Positions 12,413 through 27,480 are shown, numbered from the stretch's first letter. The stretch: 64,000 bases of DNA from Felis catus (GCF_018350175.1 NC_058368.1:213406001-213470000), one strand, 5' to 3'. Translations and numbers: made by a program. Notes: generated by a model not told the origin, from the letters alone.

Positions 12413-13907
12413 GCTGTTCTCTTAGTTACTTCTTTTGGCATTTTTCTCCATATTGCTAATGAGTTTATACTGCCATCTCTCTCTCTCTCTCTCTTTTTTA
12501 AGATTTTATTTTTAAGTAATCTTTACACCCAACATGGAGCTCGAACTCACAACCCCAAGATAAATAGTCACATGCTGTCTGCCTGAGCCAGCCAGGGGCC
12601 CCTGCCATCTCTTGGTTAGTCACTTTGAAATGCTGTTTACTTTCTATTAAGAAAGATGGAAAAAAGGAAAAAAGAAAAGAAAAGGTGAATATTTGGCTCT
12701 CTCACATACTACTTATCTCTACCCCCAGTTTTCCTAATAGGGTTATGTTGTAATTTTGAGCAAAACCATAACAATTACTTTATAGTATTATAATTATGTT
12801 ACTATTGCCTGCAGAGTTATGTCAGATCCTATATTCTCCTTTCATTTTTTTTTTTTCTTAAGAGTTTTCATAATTTTCTTTTAAAAAAATCTTTTTGGAG
12901 CTTCTGGTTGGCTCAGTCGGTTTAGTGTCCTGCTTAGCTCAGGTCATGATCTTAGGGTTCGTGAGTTCGAGCTCAGAGCCTGGAGCCTCCTTCGGATTCT
13001 GTGTCTCCCTCTCTCTGCCTCTACCCCTCTTTCTCTCTGTGTCTCTCTTAAAAATAAACGTTAAAAAAATTAAAAAATAATTTTTTCTATGTAGCTATCT
13101 CTTTTTTCTCACATGCTCCCTTGGAAAAAATTTAGCATTATTAATTTTCAAATGTTCAAGTACATTGGTTTGGACTGGTTATGATTTGGTGCTACTGGAA
13201 CTTCCTGTCATATTTTACTGCTTTCAACCCCCTGTTTTCTGGATCTAGTATTTTTTGTTTTTCTATCCTGGAGGGAGGAAATGTTTTGAGACTTTGCATT
13301 CCTGAAAATTTCTTTACCTCATTTTTATTTGACGGTTTGGGAATAGAATGTTGCATTTAAGTTACTTTCCCACAGAATTTTGAAGTCATTTCCCCATTGT
13401 CCTCTGGTATGCACAGTTGCTGTTAAGGTCTGGTGCCCTTCTGGTTTTCATTCATTGTGTGATACTTGTTTTCCAGTCTGGAAGTGTTTCAGATCTTTTG
13501 TTTTTCCCTGGTGTTCTGAAATTGTACGCTGTCCCTTGATGTGGGTCTTTTAAAATTCATTATGCTGTGCTCACTGTGACAGCACGTATATTGAAAATCA
13601 TTATGCATGAGCTCTTTCGTGGTAGAAGTGTTTAGTTTTGGTTTTAGAAAATTTTCTTCTATTTTTGTATCTTCTGTGCTCCATTTTCTAGACCTCTATA
13701 AGTTTGATGTGGACCTCTTGACTAGTCTTTTTTCTTTCTGTTTCTTAATTTCCTAGCTTTATTGAGGTATAATTGGCATTCTCTTGGCTCCTTTACCTTT
13801 TAATCCTCTGTTGAGTTTTTTATTGTGGCTCTCATGTTTTTGATTTCCAGGGACCTTTTCTTGTTTTCGTGTGTTTTATTTTTGTTTTTTGCTTTGTTTT
13901 GTCTTTT

Positions 13908-14126
13908 TTTTTCTTGTTTTTTTCAACCTTTATTTATTTTTGGGACAGAGAGAGACAGAGCATGGACGGGGGAGGGGCAGAGAGAGAGGGAGACACAGAA
14001 TCGGAAACAGGCTCCAGGCTCTGAGCCATCAGCCCAGAGCCCGACGCGGGCTCGAACTCCCGGACCGCGAGATCGTGACCTGGCTGAAGTCGGACGCTTA
14101 ACCGACTGCGCCACCCAGGCGCCCCC
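13908..14126 (-). mobile_element. Young SINEC_Fc-like element
   Basis: TSD GCTTTGTTTTGTCTTTT (13891-13907/14127-14143); intact CpGs. Confidence 0.95.
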
Positions 14127-15021
14127 GCTTTGTTTTGTCTTTTAATCACACCTTCTTATTTTAGGGATGTAATATCTTCCTTTAAATCTCTAAGGATATT
14201 ACGGCTGTTTTGAAAATTTATTTTGTTTCTTCAGAGTTCTTATTTTCTGTCTTTTGGTCTCTTCCATGTTGAAGGTTTTATTTTAGTATCTTGTTATCCT
14301 TGGTTATCTGTTCATATTTAAGAATGAGGCTCTCCTCTAAGGAGAAATACACTAAATAGAAATTAAAGGTGTGGGGAGAGCATATTTACTAGTGGTCCAC
14401 ACATTGCTGAAATTTGATAAGGGGTTTGGAATTTACTCTACACATTGAAGACTTTTAGGCAGAAACTGTTGAGCTAAGATTTGCCTTTTAGAAAGGTCAT
14501 TGAGGGGGTATGGGTTAAATGGGTGATGAGCATCTTTAAGGAGGGTACTTGTTGGGATCAGCACTGAGTGTTACATATGATAAATTAAGTGATCAATCAC
14601 TACTCTCAAAATCATTACACTATATGTAAAATAACTTGGATTTAAATAAATTAAAAAAATTGAAATCAGGAGAATGGATTGAAAAGGGCTATAAATAGTT
14701 TGGGGAGGCTAGTTAGGAAGCTTAATACAAGTGAAAGATTATTAGATTAAGTAGAGTAGCATAATTACAGAGGTGATAGAGAAGAGTAATCTATCTGTGA
14801 GAGAATTTCATAAGAAAAAAGCCCCACCTACACCCAGGTTATTGTGACCTGATAGAAGACCCATCTCAGAAGGTGGGCATGAGGTGATTGCAGTGGATTT
14901 AAGGAGCAAGTGGGAAGTAAGAAGTGGTGGCAAGACTACAGTGTATAAAGATACAACTTTTTCTCCCAGGGTTCTCCTTTTTTCTTCTCTTTGACCCCTT
15001 AACTAAAAGCATGGTCCAGAA

Positions 15022-15375
15022 TAGCACTGTCCAGCGAAACTTTCTGTGATGATGGAAAATGTTCCGTATCTGCCAACACTGTAGCCCCTAGCTACAGTGA
15101 TGGTGTCTGTGAACCAAACACTTGAAATGTGGCTAGTGCATCTGGGGCATGTTGTAAATAACACACTGGAGTTGGGAAGACTTACTATGGAAAAGAATGT
15201 AAAATATCTCAATTTAAAAATATTTGTTACATGTCAATATTTTGGCTATGGTGGGTTAAAGCAAATACATTAAAATTAATTTCACCTGTGTCTTTCTTTT
15301 TTAAAATAATTACAAAAGTTTAAAAAAATTTGTGGCTTACATTTGTTCTAATTATATTTCTGTTGGGTCATGCTG
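15022..15375. mobile_element. hAT-Charlie MITE (MER3/MER33-like)
   Basis: AGCACTGTCCA..ACTTTCTGTGATGATGGAAA..CTTGAAATGTGGCTAGTG; AAAATTAATTTCACCTGT. Confidence 0.65.
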
Positions 15376-15728
15376 TCTCAGAAACAGAGATCTCATATAT
15401 TTTTTTTAACTTTTCAGAAGATCGAACAGAAAGGTAAGGACAATTGTTGAGGATAAGTTTAAGGAAGACTGCTGCATTTACAAAATAATAGTTAGATTTT
15501 GTAATGTTTTAATAAAGGTAACATAAGTAATATAGCAGATTACAATTTGATTATAGAGAATTTCAACCAGAAATTTGTTTCTTAGCCAAGAACTCCGTGA
15601 AGGCTGCAGAAATCTAATGCTTGGCCAAAGCAGTAAATAGCATTTTCTTCTTGTTCCCCAGTCTTGTCTTTTTCCACTTTTAGATGGAGTGAGTCTATAA
15701 CCATCTTAACTTTAAAAAGTTTTGTAGT

Positions 15729-16247
15729 GGGGCACCTGGGTGGCTCAATCAGTTGGGCGTCCGACTTTGGCTCAGGTCACGATCTCATGGTCCATGAGTT
15801 CGAGCCCCGCGTCCGGCTCTGTGCTGACTGCTCAGAGCCTGGAGCCTGTTTCAGATTCTGTGTCTCCCTCTCTCTCTGACCCTCCCCCATTCATGCTCTG
15901 TCTCTCTCTGTCTCAAAAATAAATAAACGTTAAAAAAAATTTTTTTTTTTAAAGTTTTGTAGTGTAACAATTGTGTTACCAAACCTATCGGTATATTCAA
16001 GGTTCTGCTAGTTGTCACAATTTTTAAAAAAAAATTTTTTTTTTTAACGTTTATTTACTTTTGAGACAGAGACAGGGCATGAATGGGGGAGGGTCAGAGA
16101 GAGAGAGGGAGACACAGAATCTGAAACAGGCTCCAGGCTCTGAGCTGTCAGCACAGAGCCCGACATGGGGCTCGAACTCAACGAACCGTGAGATCATGAC
16201 CTGAGCCGAAGTCGGACGCTTAACCGACTGAGCCACCCAGGCGCCCC
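15729..16247. mobile_element. Closely spaced inverted Can-SINE pair (+15729-15952; -16021-16247)
   Basis: Two full-length SINEs, tail to tail. Confidence 0.92.
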
Positions 16248-16791
16248 TAGTTGTCACAATTTTGAAAAAAAAACTTTCTCACCTGCCAAATTATATTTCA
16301 TATTTAAAATTTTTATCTTTTATTGTGGCATAAGCTCTTGAGGAGCCAAGTCTTACTTAATTTTTACTCCTAATTGGCTAGCCATTTGTTTCAGTAACAT
16401 TGAAAAATTCATTTCTCCACTGCTGTAAAATGCCACATATATCATATACTGAATTTTTATATATAATTGAGTTTATTTCTATAACTAATAAATGTTTAAA
16501 AAATGAATTTCTTGATTAAATAGCCTAAGGTTTAGCAATGAAAAGAATTAGTGTCAACTGTTCTGGCATTTGTCTTTACTAATTCTTGCACACTTTATTT
16601 TCATTCATGATTGTGGCTAATCTGGTTAGGTTCAACGTTGGATTTCTGAATAGAGAATTAATTTGAAATCTGAACGTTCACACTGTGTGAAGAACTTCAA
16701 GAAGTTTTTGCATAATTAAGTTTTTCATTTAAAGAGATGAAGTCAGAAAAAAGAATTCGTGATCATTTCATTCCTATTGCTTACATTTTAG

Positions 16792-16926
<135 letters not shown>

Positions 16927-16963
16927 TAAAAGCTGAATTCTGTTTAAAAGATTTTTGTAAAAA

Positions 16964-18174
16964 GGGGCACCTGGGTGGGTCAGTTGGTTGAGCATCTGAC
17001 TCTTCATTTCAGCTCAGGGCATGATCCCAGAGTCTTGAGATTGAGCCCTGCAGCCGAGCTACTTGCTGAGTATGGAGCTTGCTTGAGAGTCTTTCCCTCT
17101 CCCTCTGCCCTTCTCTCCTGTTCCTGCTGCCTCTTAAGAAAAAAAAAAAAAAAAAAAAAGATTTTTGCAAAAGTTTAAAATCCTTTTGGGAATAACTTAC
17201 ACAAAATAGCCAAAAGCTTATTATTTAGGCAGACTTAAAAGTTATTAGTCACTGAATGGGGAAAATAGTAGTTTTAAAAGTTTCACTCCCTTTAACAAGC
17301 AGATACATGTTCAGTAAAACAGAATATTCTTCCTTAGAGCTTCCACCATTCTTTAAGTTTTTCTTTTTAATGTTTATTTATTTTTGAGAGAGACAGAGCG
17401 TGAGTGGGGGAGGAGCAGAGAGAGTGGGAGACACAGAATCCAAAGCCGGCTCCAGGCTCTGAGCTGTCAGCACAGAGCCCGACGTGGGCTTGAACCCACG
17501 AACCGTGAGATCATGACCTGAGCCGAAGTTGGACACTTAACTGATTGAGCCACCCAGGTGCCTCACTGCTCTTTAACTTTTAAAAACATTTAGATGTTGT
17601 GAGATTGGTAATTAACATTGTGTCATTTTTCTTACAAGTAATTTCTTTTTCCCACTTACAAAACAGTTTCTAAGAATAATTCTATTATGAGGTGTTCTTT
17701 CAGTAAAAGATTTTGAGTTTTGCATTTGTGTGTATTTAAAAATTGAACACACATACTCCATTCTTAGCTAATAGGACAACAGTGGGTACTTTATGCTTAG
17801 GGCAGTGTTCATTCTTTCTTCTTACTGATGGAAAGCAAACTTACAAGATTGTTTTCATTAATTTCGAACATTTTTCTTTTGGCCATCCTCTTGTAGATCT
17901 TCTGATCAAGGTGGTTTCTACTTCATTGAGTAAGAGAAATTTTCCCCATTTGGGGCACCTGGGCGGCTCAGTTGGTTAGGCGTCCGGCTTTGGCTCAGGT
18001 CATGATGTTACAGTTCGTGAGTTCGAGCCCCGTGTCGGGCTCTGTGCTGACAGCTCAGAGCCTGGAGCCTGCTTTGGATTCTGTGTCTCCTCTGTCTGCC
18101 CCTCCCCTGCTCACGCTCTGTCTCTTTCTCCCTCTCAAAAATAAATAAACGTTAAAAAAAAAATGAAAAAAAAA
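16964..18174. mobile_element. Three Can-SINEs (+16964-17159, -17360-17563, +17952-18174)
   Basis: SINE head, linker and tail motifs. Confidence 0.9.
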
Positions 18175-19035
18175 TTGCCCATTTGATCAGGGTTTGATTA
18201 AAACTAGATTCTTGCTTAGCATGTACCAGTACTGTATGTCACATTGCCCAGCATGTTGTCAGTCCTCTTTGGGTTAGCCTTCCACTTATGCCTGTTGATG
18301 ACATATGGCCATTGACAGAGACTCAATGAGGGCATTAACGTTAACTCTAGATATTCAGTATTAGCAAATATTTTTTTCAGGTAAAAATAGAAGTGCTGAT
18401 AATTTCTAACTGCACCTTGATGGATCATTCAGGAGATCACTGGCCTAAGCAGTCTTTGTGTCATGCTCATGATTGTGCTGCTGCTGTTGGTGCATTACCA
18501 CTTCTGGTGGCGCAGATTAGAATTTGTAGTTAAGTTCTCCACTGACGAAAAACAGGGTTTTTCAAAGTTAATTTTTTTTGGCAGGTAAGTCAGAGTATGG
18601 AATGTAGTTGGGTCTTGTCTTAACGTTACTGATACCCACTTTGGTGCCACTTAGCACCATGGAGATGTTTTCAGACCCCTCCATTACCAACAGTCTCTTC
18701 ATATAAACTTATACGTGCTAATGGCACATCGGCATTTGGTTTACTAACTTGTCTTACACAACTAAATTTCCTTTGACAATATACATGTCTGTCATGCAAG
18801 TAAGCATGCAAGGAGTAGGGAATGCAAGTATGGCATGCTGGGAGAGTGAATCTCAACATGTAACGTGGCTACATCTTAAATTTACCTCTTTCGTAACATT
18901 TTATGAAAGTAACTTGTCACTGCTCAATATCAGTGCTGATTGAATCAAGTTGGGCTGTTCTCTTGCACCGTTCTCCCCTGATGGAAGAGAATGAAGAGAT
19001 GGCAGAAGTCTTTAAAACTTTCTCCGAAGTATTTA

Positions 19036-19267
19036 TTTATTTTTAAAAAAAAATTTTTTTTCAACGTTTTTTATTTATTTTTGGGACAGAGAGAGACAGA
19101 GCATGAACGGGGGAGGGGCAGAGAGAGAGGGAGACACAGAATCGGAAACAGGCTCCAGGCTCCGAGCCATCAGCCCAGAGCCTGACGCGGGGCTCGAACT
19201 CCCGGACCGCAAGATCGTGACCTGGCTGAAGTCGGACGCTTAACCGACTGCGCCACCCAGGCGCCCC
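19036..19267 (-). mobile_element. Young SINEC_Fc-like element
   Basis: TSD TCTCCGAAGTATTTA (19021-19035/19268-19282). Confidence 0.95.
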
Positions 19268-22200
19268 TCTCCGAAGTATTTAAATACACTTAAGATTTTG
19301 TGAAACAAAATAGTTTTCAAAATTATCTCATGCTACCTGGTACTGGGTAGGCTAGGCTAGGCTAAGCTCCGGAAACAAGCAACCCCAAAGCCCCAGAAGC
19401 CTGAGGACTTATCACTCATGCTGTGAGTCAGCCACAGGCCGCTTCATTCTCAGCAAATGATTCTGAGTGTCCATTTGGGTTGGGAATTCAGAGTGTCCAT
19501 TTGAATTAGGAATTTGGATAAACTGTGAGGCTAATACTTAGGGCAATTAAAAAAAAAAGCAGTACCCTCTGAAGTTTAGAGTGGCTGTAAATGCTAGAAT
19601 ATCACCTGTAGCATCTTAGTTATGTGTTTCGGACATATTAGGAAATGACCTGTAATTTCAGCTTAAAAGGAGAGAATCCAGAATGAGAGGAGAAAAAAGT
19701 AAATTTCTTTTAAAAGAAGAAAGCATCTGTTTTCTGCCCCAGGAAGGTACTGTTAGTACCTTGCTGATTTTGTTTAAAAAGCATATTTTTTATTATGGTA
19801 AAACATACACAACATAACACTTACCATTTTGACCATTTTTAAATGTTCATTTGTTGAATTTTAAATTCTTAAAATTTTAAGTTGCTTCCAGGTAATGAGT
19901 GGTGGCAAATACCAGTTTTTATCGCTATACTGACAGGTGCTGTGATCAAGGAAGTGCTTGAAGAATCTTAAAATCCATTTGGGAAACACTTGCGTATTTG
20001 TAATAATTCGATAACTGATTAAGGTTTAACAATATGGTTCTCTGAAAGTACAGTCGCTCAAAGAAGAGAAATTGTGGGGATCTTTGGTACTTGGAGGAGG
20101 AAGCAAAACTTGGATTAGGTCTTTAAAGGGTAAGAATGAGACAGAAGGAAGGAAGTGCTCTTGTTCAGAGGGGTTAGATGGAGCTGGTCTGGTGGTTGGT
20201 GACCTTAAGTGCACAGTAGGGCCTGACTTCCCCGGGGTAGGAGGCCCCAAGTGTTCGTTATATTATTATTTACACTGTACATTTATACATGCTAAAACTG
20301 CCAATTGTTTCAAACAATACATATCTCATTAATTTAAAAGTTAACAAATATACGTATGTTTGAGGCAAATACTGCTTAGTGTTGTTAATATGCTTTAGAC
20401 TTTGTGAAATCTTAAGACTTGTAGTTGACCGGTTTGATCACAAGGCGTCACTAGACTGCCAGATGTATGAACAAAGCTGCTTTTGGTTTTGCAACACAAG
20501 TCAAGGAATATAGAAGTTTTTTGCAGCAAAATTATTAAGGTACCTGTCAGTGTGTCATTTTCACTGAAGTAATTTTTGGGCAGTGGACATAAAGAACCGT
20601 GTGTTCTCTGCATAGACTTCTCACAGTTTCCTTTACAAAAAAGTGAACTACAAATACATTCTATACATTTTAAATTAGGTGGAAATCTTAATTGTGTATT
20701 CACTCATCCAGCTACCCTCCCATCCCAGTTTATACCGGTGCCTTAAGTATGCTAATCTCAGAGGTGACTTTGTTCTTTGGATTTAGCTTAATTTATTATT
20801 ATTTCTTAAAATAAATGGCAGAAATGTCAGGATGCCAAGACACTTTCACCACTCAGTTATTTTATTGTACTTTTTTGGGGAGTTTAAAAAATAGTAAACA
20901 ACATCTGCATATTATCTGCACTATTTCAGCCTTCTGCACATGAGATTTCTGTTTTTCAAATATCTGAGGTGGTCTGAATAACCTTTTTATTGGAGTGAGC
21001 ATGAGAGATTTGCCCTTCCCAGGAAGTTGCTGCAAAGGGAGATGATGTCTGAGTCCCTTTTTATTACTTCTCTGAGGCAGAAACTATAGCCAGAAGAAGG
21101 TCCAATCATAAATGGAATGAATGCCTTATCTGAAGTAAATCTGTGTTTAGACTCTTCTCATTTTTAGTAGTAACACTAAATTGTAAGTTAGCATATTTTG
21201 GAATTGAGAAATTTCTCACACGAACTTCATGAGCATTGCTTGTTCCATTGGTTGTAATATATAAGATTTAATTTTGCATACAGTGAGGATAAACCTCAGT
21301 ATGACTTCAGCACAGAGTTGTAAATTGCTAATCCCATTGATTTCTCATGAGAATGAAAAAGAAAATCATTGTAAAGCAGCATTTGAGGGATTTTGCGTTT
21401 TTAGATCTGTAAAGAGAAGTTTAACTATGGGCTTCTCAGAATGATCTTGATTTCGCCTGCCCCTCTGCCCCCCCCCCCCCCCCCCCCCCCCGCCATTTTT
21501 GGAACTAGATAGCCAAGATACCCTCTGGGGGCATGGAATAAATACCTTTCTATTTGACTAATGAGTTGCTAGGGAAAAGTGCTTGTTTGATAATTGACCA
21601 GTTACTATAAACACAGTTACTTTTAAAGTTGAACTATAATTTTTATGGGCTTTTACATAAATTTGCTATTGATTATTTTGTGTTTATTTAAATTTCTGAC
21701 GGTCAGAAAACACAACCTAGCCAATTCTAGCTTAGTGTCCTAGGCTGCTACCACATGCCGATGATACTAGAAAACAAACCCCAATCTGTCTGGTGAAAGG
21801 TACAGCAGGCAGGCATTAGTTGGGGAGGACAGTGGGTTGGTACAACATTTAAAAAATGAAAGTCGTAACATTTTGGAAAGATGTGTTCCTCCTTTCCAGG
21901 GCTCATTATATTCTGCATGTAGTCACTGCCTGTCCACTTTGTTGTTTCTTTTGCCTGTAATGCAGGCTCTTCTTTGTTTCATGGGATGTAGAATCCTGCT
22001 GGATTTCAGGATTGAACCTGAAAGTTCTTCCCCCGGAAACTTCCCTAGAAATGCCCCTTACATCAAACCCAAATAATTTCTTCCTCCCTCTAGGCTCCTT
22101 GTTCATATTGTTTTTATGGTCCTACGCATCTTATTCTTGCCAGGCTTGTTAATTATATTATGAATCTATTTCCTTCACTTGATTTAAAAACTTTTCAGAA

Positions 22201-22299
22201 TTGGAAATATCTTACTTACATTTGTATTGTTAGTTCCTAATATTTTTTTAGGCCATTGTGAACACATTAAATTATTTCAGAGTGTTGATTCTGTGCATG

Positions 22300-22520
22300 A
22301 ATAAATAATAACTAGCCTTGTTACCAGGCTCTGTTCTAAGAACTGGATATGTCTTTAACTCATTTAATCCTCATAATAACCTGATGAGGTGGGTAGAGTT
22401 GTTATCTTGACTTTACAGCTGAGGAAACAGGAATGGAGAAGGTAAGAAACCTTGCCCAGGTTTGCACAGCTAGTAAATGACCAGGTTGGAATTCACATGT
22501 AACCAGTCTGGCTCCAGAGC
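22300..22520 (-). mobile_element. MIR SINE
   Basis: TCATTTAATCCTCATAATAACC..TTTACAGCTGAGGAAAC..CTTGCCCAGG MIR core. Confidence 0.75.
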
Positions 22521-24024
22521 TCGCCTGGTACGACTGTTAGGCAGTAATGCTTCATCAAGTAACTTTTAATAATTTCTTAACATTGAATGTAGGTATGGGT
22601 TTCTTTAACACTAGAAATTGAAATAAGTAGAATTTAATTCATTATTTAATTACATTTCTCTTTTATACTATTAGGTTTTAAAATCTAATAGGGCCCCAAA
22701 TATTTTTTCTTTTCCTTTTCAAAGTTACCAAGGGAATTGAATGCAATGATTGTTTTTCTTTTTTTGGAAGCTTGGGTTTTTATGGAAAAGAATATATATA
22801 TTTTTTTTAATGCAGGAGATGACTTCAATTTAATAATTCATGGCACCAGCCCTTCATTATTTGACAGGTTTTTTTCAAGTCCCTAGTTTTATAGAGTGAA
22901 TCATAAATTCAGAATGTCACTTCCAGATCATTCGTTTAAAAAATAGCTCTTATTTTCTCTTCATTGCATTCAGGTTTTCCTTTAAATTATTTAGAAATTT
23001 ATAATTGTCATTTGAAAGTCCTTGTCTGCGAATTCCCATCATCTCTGTCATTTCTGGGTCATGTCTAATTTGGTTCACTGTTTCTGTTGAACGCGCGCAC
23101 CCCCCCCCCCCCCCCCCCGTTTGGATCACATTTTCCTGCTTTTTGCAAGTCTAGTGATTTTTATTGATTGCTGGACATTGTGAATGCTATGTTGAATGCC
23201 GGATTCTGTTGTTTTTAAAGAATGTTGAAATTTGTTTTGATAGGCAATTAAATTACTTGTGGATCAGTTTGTTTTTAAGCTTTATTGGGCCAGGTCTAGA
23301 ATAGCCTTTTCTCAAAGGCTAGTTTAGGCCTAGTACTAAGGTGTGATCCTCTGGAGTCCCTTCTGAATATCTTGGATGTTCAGTGAGACCTTTCTACTCA
23401 GGCTACTTGGCACGCAAATTTTCCCCAGCCCCATGTGAACACTTACAGTTGTTCAGCTTACAGCTTTTGGTTAATTTTTCTTTGCCTACCCCTGCAGAGT
23501 TTCTCATCTTAACCTGTGTGACTCTGTTTTCAACCAGACTCAAAGGAACACTGTACAGGTTTCTAGAGCTCTTGTTCTGCATAGCTCTCTCTTTTCCAGT
23601 ACTCTGCCTTTGTATTTCAGCTGCCTTGCCTTCTTGGAACTCTGATCTCTGTCTTTCTAGTTTGTTTAATTTAAATTTTCAATTAAAATTTTTTTCTGCT
23701 TGTTTTAAAACTTCTGTGCTCTGTTTGAGGTCTTCTGTCCTGCTTTGCTCCCTGGGACGTGTTATCGGATAGTAAGCCTGGGCAATAGTATGGCTCACTT
23801 AGGTTTCTCTCAAGGGTCACAGCTCTGGACTGCCTTTTGACTAGTGTTGGAAAACAGTGGTTTCATATATTTTATCCAGGTTTCTATTTATGGAAGGCCA
23901 AAGGGTCTAATTGTAGAAGTCCAGGCCTGATTACTCTATCCTAGCCCCATATTCTTTATTGTTAAGTCATATGATAAAATACTTTTGCTTATGGTCAACT
24001 AAATAGTAATATATTTTAAGATCA

Positions 24025-24213
24025 CACTCTTCACTAGAACTCTCCGTGATTATGGAAATGTTCTGTTTCTTTGCTGTCCAGTAAGTAGACATTAGCCATA
24101 CATGGCTATTGAACATTTTGAAACGTGGTTAGTACAACTGAGGAACTGAATTTTTTATGTATTTAAATTTAATAGTCCCACGTGGCTAGTGGGTCCTGTA
24201 GTAGACAATACAG
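24025..24213. mobile_element. MER3-like hAT MITE
   Basis: TAGAACTCTCCGTGATTATGGAAATGTTCT..CATGGCTATTGA..ACTGAGGAACTGAATTTT. Confidence 0.7.
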
Positions 24214-25219
24214 TTTGTTTTCTCTCAGTATTATAAAATTTCACCCTGGGGGTTCCTTGAGCCTAGATGGCTCAGTTGGTCAAGCATCCAGCTCTTGATT
24301 TCAGCTCAGGTCATGATCGCATGGTCGTGGGATTGAGCCCCACGTCATGTTCCACGCTGAGCATGGAGTCTGCTTAGGATTCTGTCTCTCTAAATAAATA
24401 AACATTAAAACAATTTTTTCAACCTTACTGCTTTTTCATATAACAAAAGTGCCCGTGGTTGATCTTTAACACGTCCCAGTTTGGAAAATTGCTGTAGTAT
24501 TTTTTTCAAATTAAAAAAATTGTTGTGTGTTCCTTAGAGATAATTCAGAAAATATAGAAAGTACAAAAAAGAAAATTTGTCACACATTATCCCAAAGACA
24601 ACTAAGGTTAATATTTTGATACATTTCCTTCTAGTCTTTCTGTAGAGAAAAAAATTATCTTCGTGAAAATTGTTTGGTTTTATTTTAAATATTTCTGTCT
24701 TGAAAGGAAATGTGCATAGGTGACCGGATTAAAATGGTGAAAGTGTTTTGTCCTTCTAGAATTGGCTTTGTATTAATTTGTTATCAAAGAACAGCCTTGT
24801 CCAAACAGGCTTTCCTAGCTTTGCAGGCTGTTATGTAGCAGTTTCTGGAATAGTATATTAATCAGGAAACTTTTTTTCTTTTGTGTCTCTATTGCACATT
24901 AGTGTTTCTAAATAGAAAAGAAACATTTTGCTCTGGTTGCTTTTTGACAACAGCTGGAGGGAGGCTGAATGTATTTAGTATTTAGCTCATTTGCACCTTA
25001 GGGTACCTGGTTTGAAGACTGCTTTCAATTTGGTCCTTTGAGTAACTGTTGTGCCTGAAAACGTGACGGGTGCTTAGAATCCAAAGGCCTGGCCCTCAAG
25101 GGGTTCATGGTTTAGTTGACAAGAAAAATAGTTGAGTTTTCTTTTATTTGTTTAGAGGGGGTGGAAATCAAATTTTATTGTTTATTTTAGTAGTACACTT
25201 TATAAAGTCAGCAGTATAA

Positions 25220-25681
<462 letters not shown>

Positions 25682-27165
25682 CTGCTCAGAATGAAGTTCT
25701 CTCTCTCATGTAAACCAGTAGGTTTTCTTCTATTGACTTCTGGTTCTCTGCAGTTTGTACTTTCCACACTGTAATTGGCTTTTGTTTTATGAAACGGTGG
25801 GTGGCTTTTCTTTTTTGTATGTATGCAGGATTCTGCTGGTACGAGAGGCCTTCCTCTTTCTGTTTTCAAAAAAAGTTTTACTGCCATATTGGCAATCCAT
25901 TCCTTGTTGCCATCCTCACTGTTAACCTGTTTTGGGATTCTGGCACGCTTTGACTTTCAAAGTGACTCCAGTCTCCTCACACGCACATCTTTTGGATTAC
26001 CTCAACTTGAGTTTTTCCCACGTGTGCACGTACACCTAGCATTCTGCCTACGATTCAGACGGAAGTCACAAAAAGGCCTTTAACTCACCAAAGGTAAATA
26101 TCTGTATCTATTAGGACATTTTATACATAGACCTCAGTTGAGATGTATACTTAGCAAAATTATTTTTAAATTGAAACAACACAGTAAATAATATAAAATG
26201 CCCCTTGGATTTTGTTTCCCTTGTAAATCTATTGTATTATTACACTTGTTGTAATTTTAACTGTTAAATCCTAAAGGTCCAGTTGTTTCACAAAGCCGGA
26301 TCGGGGTGGGCCGCATTCCACATATGCTGTATATAGTTTGAATTCTATATAAATTGCCCCTTCTGGCCACTCCTGCCTCCATCTTAGTATTTTGCAAGAT
26401 TTTACTCGTTGTACACCTGGTGCCCCTCACTTGCTTCAGTCCGTATTATTTGATGGCAAAATAGACCTCTCATCATTGAAGGAAAGAGAAAAGATGTGTC
26501 TGATTGGTCCCAAGACTTTCTGAGCTGTGCCATTCATGGCACCCTTTGCCTATGCATCTCCTTTTGGAATTATTTTTGGTCTTAAATGTTTCTATCGTTT
26601 CTATAGGGAAGAGGCTTGTGACCAGTACTAATCTTGAGTACAGTTTTTTCTTTTTCTGTCCACAGGTAAATTAATGTCTGCTCTTAAATGTCATTTATCT
26701 ACTCATACTTTTTTGGGGGAAAACAAATCAAATGTCACTTTTAGCAGATATTGCATGTAAATTGTTAGCAAGTAATGACTACAACTCAGATGATTAAGAA
26801 TTTTGTAACAGAAAGCTCTGCTATGTTTTAATTTTTATATACAATTATGATAATTAGCACATTGTAAGGATATAAACCTTTGCTTTTTAAAGTTTATTTT
26901 TACTATTTCTTTATCACTGTTTATGGTATCAGCATTGGTTTCATAATGTAAATACTATATATTGAACAAATTAAATGTCAAATTTTTTATTACCATAGTT
27001 CATGTTAATAGTGGGGCTTTCAGGTGTTTAGAGATTTTTTTGGTTAACATTCAATGCAAAAGTACTAGATGGTGTATAACTGTAGAGTTGAATTTTAAGG
27101 GATTCCCTAATATGTATACTATCTTTTTATCTGAAGTAATAAATAAACTATGATCTTGAAAGTGC
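25682..27165 (+). other. GOLPH3: GOLPH3 3'UTR
   Basis: Repeat-free AU-rich ~1.5 kb after the stop, ending at overlapping AATAAA signals; the cleavage site is approximate. Confidence 0.8.
27138..27147 (+). terminator. Polyadenylation signal (AATAAATAAA) of GOLPH3
   Basis: Two overlapping AATAAA followed by a GT/T-rich downstream element. Confidence 0.8.
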
Positions 27166-27256
27166 CTGAATCAGAGCAAGCATGTCATTTGTATTTTTGT
27201 ATTCTACCATAGTTTTCTTTCTAATTTTTACTTAGCCTTAGTTGAGTGTGGTAATA

Positions 27257-27480
27257 CTTTTTTTTTTCTTTTAAGTTTATTTATTTATTTATTTATTTTG
27301 AGAGACAGAGACAGCATGAGTGGGGGAGGGGCAGAGAGAGAGAATCCCAAGCAGGCTCTGCACTGTCCGCGCAGGGCCTGACGTGGGGCTTGAACCCACA
27401 TGAGTTCGTGACCATGAGTTCATGACCTGAGCCAAAACCAAGAGTCTGACGCTCCAGCGACTGAGCCACACAGGCACCCC
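27257..27480 (-). mobile_element. Can-SINE
   Basis: Reverse SINE flanked by an AGTGTGGTAATA duplication. Confidence 0.9.
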
